Of a stretch of DNA of 64,000 nucleotides, positions 55,529-64,000 are shown piece after piece (the first letter of the stretch is position 1; the number at the start of each line of letters is the position of its first letter). Source of the stretch: Octopus vulgaris (Eukaryota). Under the pieces are notes generated by a model, which was not told the DNA's origin, did no database searches, and was given only the letters and a program-made list of their open reading frames with translations. The DNA is taken from contig OX597834.1 in NCBI GenBank assembly GCA_951406725.2, positions 11,470,001 through 11,534,000 on the forward strand. The letters run 5' to 3'. A program made the position numbers and the translations under genes.

Positions 55529-55605
55529 AATGCACTGATGAAGCCACGGACATTTGAATTATGTAAGTAATTCTTTTGTTAAAGGCCGAAACCGAGGTAT
55601 GCATT
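55529..55605 (+). ncRNA. Type I hammerhead ribozyme motif, GUA triplet, long loop II
   Basis: AATGCA-CTGATGA-AGCC(~38 nt)GGCC-GAAAC-CGAG-GTA-TGCATT: perfect 6-bp stem I; lies in TA-flanked insert 55311-55757. Confidence 0.75.
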
Positions 55606-55753
55606 TAATTCTGTTTTTTATATAAATTTTCATCTGTCCTGCCCGCCAAATTTGGTTCTGGTGTTCGCTGAATTTTTCCTCTAGAGATTTTCCTTTGTTG
55701 TTTGATCGTTGATGATCTATTTCTAGCATACGGCCGACTACCTAGCAATCTGG

Positions 55754-55802
<49 letters not shown>

Positions 55803-57139
55803 CATACACACACACAAATCAGCTGTGTGTAGATTAAGGATTCAATATAGATTTACCACGGATTAGACTATATGCCAAAAATTTTAAACTTCACTTCTGA
55901 CCAGTGAACCACAAATCATGATGATGGTGATGATGATGATGATGATAATGATAGAAAAGAGCGGTCTAGAAGATCATTTTGGCCAAAATATATTATCTCA
56001 TAACATATTTCTCTCTAACCAACATTAAATTTTTCTTCTAAAGTATATAATATTTCCTAGCTTTCCTTTACTTTCGTCCTTCGCTGTATTAAAAGAAAGC
56101 ACCTTTTGTCTATTATAACTATTTTTATTATTATTATTAAAGCATCGACCTACGAGATAAAACGTAAAATATGGCAATTCATAAGCAGCAATCTAGTTCT
56201 GAATATTGGTTCATGAAAGCAAGAGAATGAAGAGAAACAAATATAAATAACTATAAAAATACTATGTCCGCATTATGGAAATAACTATTATATTGAACTA
56301 CAAATAGGCGGTTGAATCTACTACGTATGCCTATGTGAGAGAATATACGTATGTATTTGTGTATGTATGTACGTATGCCTTATGTACGAATGTGTATAAA
56401 TAAATAAATATATATATGTGTGAATTTGTGAGTGAGTGTGCGTATGTGCGTGCTTCTATGCACGTGTGTGTGTGTGTGTATGTGTGTGTATGGATATAGG
56501 AATATTAGTGTTTGATATGCGAAAATTTAAAGAATATCGCGTATATATTGTTCAAATAGTTGCTGCATTTGATATTTCTGTTATTTTCATTATTTTATTT
56601 ATTGTTGTTGTTGTTGTCGGCCGTGTTTATAGTGTTTTGTTATTGCTATTCTTGTTGTTGCTGTTGTTGTTGTTACTTCTATTGTATACCTTTTGTGGTC
56701 CTGCTTCGTCTACTTGCACAATGAATGAATATATATTTGAAAATACTAAGTGAAGAGACGAGACAACATTTTATAGGCTGCAAACCGACATATTCCTATA
56801 TCTTACTTCTCTTATATATATATCTCTATATTGCTACACATTATGGTGCATATTTACATATATATATATAAATACATATATATACATACATATATATATA
56901 TATATATATACATACATATACATACATATATATATACATACATACATATATACATACATACATATATACATACATACATATATACATACATACATATATA
57001 TACATACATGCATATATATACATACATATATATATATACATACATATATATATATACATACATACATATATATACATACATACATACATATGCATACATA
57101 CATACATACATATGCATACATACATATATATACACATAC

Positions 57140-57170
<31 letters not shown>

Positions 57171-57764
57171 AAATCACACAGGCAATGAATAAATCACGTA
57201 CACAGACTGATATATGCATGTATGTATATATATATATATGTATGTATATATATATATATATGCACGTATGTATGTATATGTAAGTATTCTTTTGCTCTCC
57301 ATGAAGCTCTCAGACATTACCCAAGAATAATGAACCAATAAAGAACCAAGTCATCTTTTGAGGAAGTTCCTACAATAAAAAAATTTATTGCTTGAAATGA
57401 TATGCTGGATATTATGAATTCCTTACGGACCTAAACGCTCTTGTCTACGAGCAAATACCGTACGCTGAGAAACCCTTCTCTTTGTAGACATTTCCAAATA
57501 AATAAGAGATTTTCCAGTTGAATGCGTTGGTATTTCACTTCAAAATCAAGTACATCATTCGCTATACTGTCCAATATTCACCTCTATTCTGAGTACAGAT
57601 ATTTATTCATCCACGTTTCTTTTCAATACGTCCGCATTTGTCTCTATGTTTGCTTCAATCTATCTACATATTATGAGTATTAATCGCAGTCATATAGATA
57701 ATATATATCAGCAGAAAACATACTAAATCGTCTAAACGACTAAAACGTTGTATGAAGCATGAAT

Positions 57765-57921
57765 GGAGTGGCTTTGTGGTAAGTAGCTTGCTTACCAACC
57801 ACATGGTTCTGGGTTCAGTCACAATGCGTGGCACCTTGGGCAAGCGTTTTCTACTATAGCCTCGGGCCGACCAAAGCCTTGTGAGTGGATTTGGTAGACT
57901 GAACTGAGAAAAAAGCCCGTC

Positions 57922-57977
<56 letters not shown>

Positions 57978-58605
57978 GTGTGTGTGTCCCTCCAACATCA
58001 CTTGACAACCAATGCTGCTGTGTTTACGTTCCCGTAATTTAGCGGTTCGGCAAAAAAGAGACCGATAGAATAAGTACTAGTCTTACAAAGAATAAGGCCT
58101 GGAGTCGATTTGCTCGACTAAAGGCGATGCTCTAGCATGGCCGCAGTCAAATAACTGAAACAAGGAAAAGACTTAAAGAGTAAATTTCCTATTTTGCTTG
58201 TTTCAGGTACTAGACTGCGGTCATGTTGGTGTACCACCTGCAAGGGCTTTGACCAAACAAATCAACCCCAATATTTGTTTTTAAGTTTGATTATTATTAT
58301 ATATCGATAGTTTTGTCGACGCTTCGTTACAGAGTCATAAAGTGACCAGCACCAGTTGTCAGGTGATGTTGGTGGTAGACAAGCACAACAGCACACAGAC
58401 ACACGCACACAGATGCACGCACACGCGCATACAAACACACACATTAAAACACTTATATACACCACAGATTTCCACTCAATTTACGTGTTCCAAATTCACT
58501 TACAAGACACTGGCTGGTCTATGGTTATATTAGCAGACACTTGGCAGGTGCCGCACAGTGTGGTTAAGCCCCAAAACATGTAATTACGAAGCAAGCCGCT
58601 TATAT
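57765..58605. mobile_element. Tail-to-tail pair of family Y SINEs (young + copy, old - copy)
   Basis: 57765-58182 (+) and 58190-58605 (-). Confidence 0.8.
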
Positions 58606-59055
58606 TAAGTGTGAGACAAATTAAAAACTCATGAAGTAATACCCTCCGAATTGAGCAAGTCTGAAATACTTTGATAATATTTTCTCTATATGCTATATTA
58701 GATAAACGAACGGGATGGGTACACCTGGATCTTGTCTGATCACAGGTCTTCTTCAGTAGTGAAGTAGAAACATATAACAATAGTACAGCAACATCATCAA
58801 ACATTCAAAATATTTTTATGTATTTTCCTTTTACCGGTTTCAACCACAGACCTGTAACCGATCTTTCTCTCCTCTTAATCAAGTGTTTTTCTCGATTGTA
58901 TTGATCTCTGCAATTTAAGTGTGGTATTTATAATATCGATCTGTTTTCTGCAATGCGCAAGCTGCTCTTTGGCACACATGGGTACAACACCGATTTATTC
59001 CGGTAAACATTTAGTTATACGAGGGAACGGGTACACACATACACATACATACGCA

Positions 59056-59100
<45 letters not shown>

Positions 59101-59103
<3 letters not shown>

Positions 59104-59250
59104 GCATATTTGCCATTTGAATATGGCTAACCCCTAAGGGTGGATGCTACTGTAGTTTGTAGCCCCAGGAAGATGCCTCCTCCAGCTGGCTATAGACACA
59201 CTTTCTGTGCCCTATCAGTATTTGTGAAGGGAAGTCATCCTTCCCGTCTT
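59101..59250. mobile_element. Single copy of the arm of the 16742-17031 inverted repeat
   Basis: High identity to 16744-16890; begins right after a (TA)n run. Confidence 0.85.
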
Positions 59251-59363
59251 CAACTTATGATATAGTTAATCCAAACATGAAAACACAAAGAGAAAACAAC
59301 AACGCGAGGACGTGGAACAAATATAGTGTTATTGGACGCTCAGGAAGGAAAGGAAGAAGAAGG

Positions 59364-59398
59364 GTTTTACGTTTCGAGCTGAGCTCTTCGTCAGAAAC
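59364..59398 (-). ncRNA. Minimal type I hammerhead, canonical CUGACGA core, GUA triplet (family H1)
   Basis: Minus strand GTTT-CTGACGA-A-GAGC(TCA)GCTC-GAAAC-GTA-AAAC. Confidence 0.8.
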
Positions 59399-60339
59399 AT
59401 AGGAAAAGGAAAGATCCAGAGAAGGGAAGACGGAGGGAAAAAATTACATATATGCATACATATATACACCCACACATATATTCATACACACATACACGAG
59501 CTTGCGTGTACACACACATGCACAATATACTCGTCTATATGTGCTCTTCATCAAATAGGTCGTAATATATATAGATGCATGTAAATTTTGTTGCAAAATC
59601 TATAATCGAAAACTGCTTGATAGATAAGATTATACGAGCAAAGGAGCATTTCAAATTAGCTTAAATGTCTATCCTTATTAAAGGAATTAAACGATTAAAC
59701 GAGTCACCATATTGAACCTATTTATATATCTTACACAAAATAAATTAAATAAGACGATTCCGGAACGCTGATATATACATAAAACGTGACGTGACTAGCG
59801 CGTATGATTACATCAAAGACGCCATTAAAGCAATCAAAATATATAAGGTTAAACGCAGTTATAAAATTATTAATTAATAATTAAAGTCGCTTAATTACAA
59901 CTCGAATTATATATAACTTCAAATTACTTGAAAAGGCACCACTGTTAGATTCTTTGTCCACAATGATGCCAAAATGTTCTCGCATTCATGTTTTCTCAGA
60001 TTATTATCTTTATCCTATGATGCTGGTAACCCCTTTCTTTCAATTTCCCTGTCTCCGCTGTCTTGGTAATTATTATTCTATAAAGCGACAACTTCTACCT
60101 CATATTTGATATTCCTGTCTTCAGAGATTTCTTCGTTGCCACTTTAGTTTAACCAGACAGTTTGGAATTCTGACGCTGCTCAATTCCTTCTCGTCTGAAG
60201 CCATTCAAATTTATCCACATCAGACGTACACAATCTGCAGTAGCTTTATTAAACACCAAATTTACAGGGTGTTGCTAATATTTGAATCTATTTAGTATAT
60301 CATAGCTTGAGCTGTATTCAATGACTTCAGCTTTTAATC

Positions 60340-60573
60340 TCTCTCTTTTACTCTTTTACTTGTTTCAGTCATTTGACTGTGGCCATGCTGGAACACCGCC
60401 TTTAGTCTAGCAAATCGACCCCAGAACTTATTCTTTGGAAGCCTAGAACTTATTCTATCGGTCTCTTTTGCCGAACCGCTAAGTTACGGAGACGTAAACA
60501 CACCAGCATCGGTTGTCAAGCGATGTTGGGAGGAAAAAACGCAGACACACACACATACACACACACAAACACG

Positions 60574-60605
<32 letters not shown>

Positions 60606-60768
60606 CGACAGGCTTCTTTCAGTTTCCGTCTACCAAATCCACTCACAAATCTTTGGTCGACCCGAGGCTATAGTAGAAGACACTTGCCCAAGGTGCCACG
60701 CAGTGAGACTGAACCCGGAACCATGTGGTTGGTAAGCAAGCTACTTACCACACAGCCACTCCTATGTC
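60340..60768 (-). mobile_element. SINE family Y, full length
   Basis: Reverse complement of the consensus. Confidence 0.9.
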
Positions 60769-61347
60769 TATGCACGTCATGCACATTTTCAAGTCAAATT
60801 ATTTCTTCTTTTGAAAGGCACCCTTGTCTCTTATTCTACATACCATGGGTTCCTTTGTCTTACTTTGTCTGTACAGTATTTGGGTTGCCATTGAAATTAT
60901 ACAACTTCCATATCTCTAAGTTTGAAAGTAGGAGTATAATAAAGAAGCTTTCTCATTAACCGAAACAGTTTCCTATATAGCTATTATAAATTCAGTGTGT
61001 GATATCATTGAGAATGATATTCGTTTCAGAAAATACAGCACCATAATAGAATAATTTGTCTTCCCATTAATCTATATTCTCTGAAATCCCACATGTTGGA
61101 TATTTTTGGCCTACAGCATTTGTTATGGCGAATGCAATCATTATATCTCTGTTCACCGACAGAAGAAGGCGCAGCTATACATTTCTTTATTAATAATTCG
61201 ATAAATAAATAAATAAGTCGGTTGTTTGCTAAAAATCCTTTTGCTGCAAGGCACGAACTCCTCGCGACTTGCATGCCCTGTTGTGTCCAAACATGGTTTC
61301 TTGTACTTACTCCCTTTCTGTCCCTCCTTTCTCTCGGTTATATATAT

Positions 61348-61705
61348 ACTCTTTTACTCTTTTACTTGTTTCAGTCATTTGACTGCGGCCATGCTGGAGC
61401 ACCGCCTTTAGTCGAGCAAATCGACCCGGGGACTTATTCTTTGTAAGCGCGTTACTTATTCTATCGGTCTCTTTTGCCGAACCGCTAAGTTACGGGGACG
61501 TAAACACGCTAGCATCGGTTGTCAAGCAATGCTAGGGGGGGACACACAAACACACACACACACACACATTATTTTTATATATATATATATTTATATATAT
61601 ATATATATGACAGGCTTCTTTCAGTTTCCGTCTACCAAGTGGGACTGAACCCGGATCCATGTGGTTGTTAAGCAAGCTACTTACTACACAGCCACTCCTG
61701 CGCCT
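61348..61705 (-). mobile_element. SINE family Y with internal deletion
   Basis: Reverse complement of the consensus, lacking ~75 bp. Confidence 0.85.
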
Positions 61706-61828
61706 ATTATATATATATATAATTTTAAACTAGAATAAAATCTTTATAAGAATTTACCAAGTAGTTAGCGTGAAAAACCTCATTAAAGAAAAATCCACCA
61801 ATTTTTCTCTTAAATATATCTATTTACG

Positions 61829-61961
61829 TTATATAGAGGGCATTACTATACATAAATGCCACACGCTAGAAGGGACTCTTAAAGTCAAAACTACCATAAT
61901 AAATAAACACATCGAACCTCCTAACGTATGGCATTTATGTATAGTAATGCCCTCTATATAA
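61829..61961. repeat. Inverted repeat (~46-bp arms, ~42-nt spacer)
   Basis: TTATATAGAGGGCATTACTATACATAAATGCCA pairs with TGGCATTTATGTATAGTAATGCCCTCTATATAA. Confidence 0.9.
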
Positions 61962-62066
61962 TATATAATTATATATATATACAAACAATTGCAGCATGGA
62001 AGGTGTTTATAAGCCATTTAAGAAACACACAAAAGCCGTTCGATTCACTTCAACATTTAAGTTTAA

Positions 62067-62117
62067 TTTGTCAAAATATTTTCGTCGCTATAAGACCGCG
62101 ACCTGTTCACTGACAAA
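62067..62117 (-). ncRNA. Hammerhead-like three-way junction with non-canonical core
   Basis: Minus strand TTTGTCA-GTGAACAG-GTCGC(GGTCTTATA)GCGAC-GAAA-ATAT-TT-TGACAAA. Confidence 0.45.
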
Positions 62118-62204
62118 AGTCCGTGCACACCTCCCACGCTGCAATTGTTTTCGTTTCAGCACACGATCTCAGTTCAAATCACTTGCTATGCAAGTACATC
62201 TCCG

Positions 62205-62253
<49 letters not shown>

Positions 62254-62259
<6 letters not shown>

Positions 62260-62301
62260 TACTGTTTGTGTCTGTATATGTGTGTAACTGCTAAATATCT
62301 A

Positions 62302-62341
<40 letters not shown>

Positions 62342-62446
62342 AAGTATAAATATACTGTTTGTGTCTGTATATGTGTGTAACTGCTAAATATCTATATATA
62401 TATATGTATAAATATACTGTTTGTGTCTGTATATATGTGTAACTGC

Positions 62447-62499
<53 letters not shown>

Positions 62500-62554
62500 A
62501 AATATACTGTTTGTGTCTGTATATGTGTGTAACTGCTAAATATCTATCTATCTA

Positions 62555-62603
<49 letters not shown>

Positions 62604-62702
62604 AGATACTGTTTGTGTCTGTATATGTGTGTAACTGCTAAATATCTATATATATATATATGTATAAATATACTGTTTGTGTCTGTATATGTGTGTAACT
62701 GC

Positions 62703-62712
<10 letters not shown>
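62254..62712. repeat. Six ~45-bp conserved units separated by variable (TA)n spacers
   Basis: TAAATATACTGTTTGTGTCTGTATATGTGTGTAACTGCTAAATAT at ~62254, 62347, 62409, 62499, 62601 and 62666. Confidence 0.92.
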
Positions 62713-62738
<26 letters not shown>

Positions 62739-63345
62739 TATGTGGGTGTGTGTATGGTTGTATATATACATATAATTATTATCTCCTGAGTGAGAGCGGG
62801 GCCTAGAGCATTCTATACTTAATAGGATGGTAAATTTGTTTCGTCGTTTACGCTCACCTGATCTCCGTGTCATTAAGTTTCATGCAACGTATTCAACCAG
62901 GCGTTGAAAATGTCTTGTGGACATTATTAGTATTACTGCGAGGAGCTCAAAAGACAATGATAAACCAACGGAATTTTAGCAGCCAGAAATTTATTCACTG
63001 AACTATTTTCATTCAGGTGAATGAAGCTTATTGAACTGTAGTATGATGCAAAGCATTGACTGCTAAATGAAAATATCGTGTAGAATATAAAATAATTTCT
63101 GTTTAATATTCTCAGAATTGTCAGAATAAAATTAGTTTATTTGAATGGAAACTTTCCTTTTTGGTGACTTTCTTTTTAGCTAACCCATTCATATATTATC
63201 AATAGACGCTGGCAGATTTTACGATAATTAATTTTAATATTGATAATTGAATAAATATTAGATTGTGGTTAAAAGTAGTAATTAAAAAGACTTATTATAT
63301 TTAAACGTTTAATCTTCGGGCAATATGATTACACATGCACGCACG

Positions 63346-63380
<35 letters not shown>

Positions 63381-63589
63381 ACATGTATATATGCGTGTGT
63401 GTGTGTGTGTATTTATACATGTGTACAGGTGCGTGTAGATATAAATATCCATACACACACACACAAACACATATGTGTATGTATCCTTGCATGTAAATAT
63501 GTGTGTATATGCATATATTTGTACATACGTACATACATACACACACACGTAAATATATGTGTGTGAGCGTGTATATATATATATATATA

Positions 63590-64000
63590 TATATGCATAC
63601 ATACATTATATATATATATGCATACATACATTATATATATACATACATACATATATATATACACATACATACATTATATATATATACACATACATACATT
63701 ATATATATATACATACATACATTATATATATATACATGCATACATTATATATATATATACATGCATACATACATTATATATATATACATACATACATTAT
63801 ATATATATACATACATACATACATTATATATATATATATATATACATACATTATATATATATACATACATACATTATATATATATATACATGCATACATA
63901 CAATATATATATATATATACATACATTATATATATACATGCATACATACATTATATATACATGCATACATACATTATATATATATATATACACATACATA
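63590..64000. repeat. CATACATTATATATATA-based minisatellite running off the window
   Basis: Direct inspection. Confidence 0.9.

Noticed and set aside
60010-60960. Very decayed LINE remnants on the minus strand (KYEVEVVAL, RQGCL-like words)
   Set aside because: Too short and disrupted to support without a profile search.
62254-62712. CRISPR-like repeat-spacer appearance
   Set aside because: Spacers are only TA runs, there are no cas genes, and the context is eukaryotic.

Overview
AT-rich, microsatellite-saturated eukaryotic non-coding DNA. The SINE repertoire and (TA)n/(CA)n/(CTAT)n density resemble an octopus/cephalopod genome; this is inference, no search was possible. No host exon can be supported, and nearly all ORF-track entries are translated microsatellites or SINEs. 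Real coding remnants are all transposons: a Penelope-like element (RT thumb, Cys linker, GIY-YIG; 33.1-34.2 kb), a Tx1/L1-type 3' end inside a (CCAT/CTAT)n tract, two BovB-like RTE 3' ends, an R4/Dong-type REL fragment and a mariner 5' end. Dozens of copies of three abundant tRNA-derived SINE families are present, plus a fourth rarer one. The most notable hidden structure is a set of short, mostly (TA)n-flanked non-coding inserts. They carry six type I hammerhead ribozyme folds from four sequence families plus one non-canonical hammerhead-like fold, six long inverted repeats and shared terminal motifs. Together they suggest a Penelope-dependent, retrozyme-like system. One SINE family also forms 184-bp multimers joined at a self-complementary junction.
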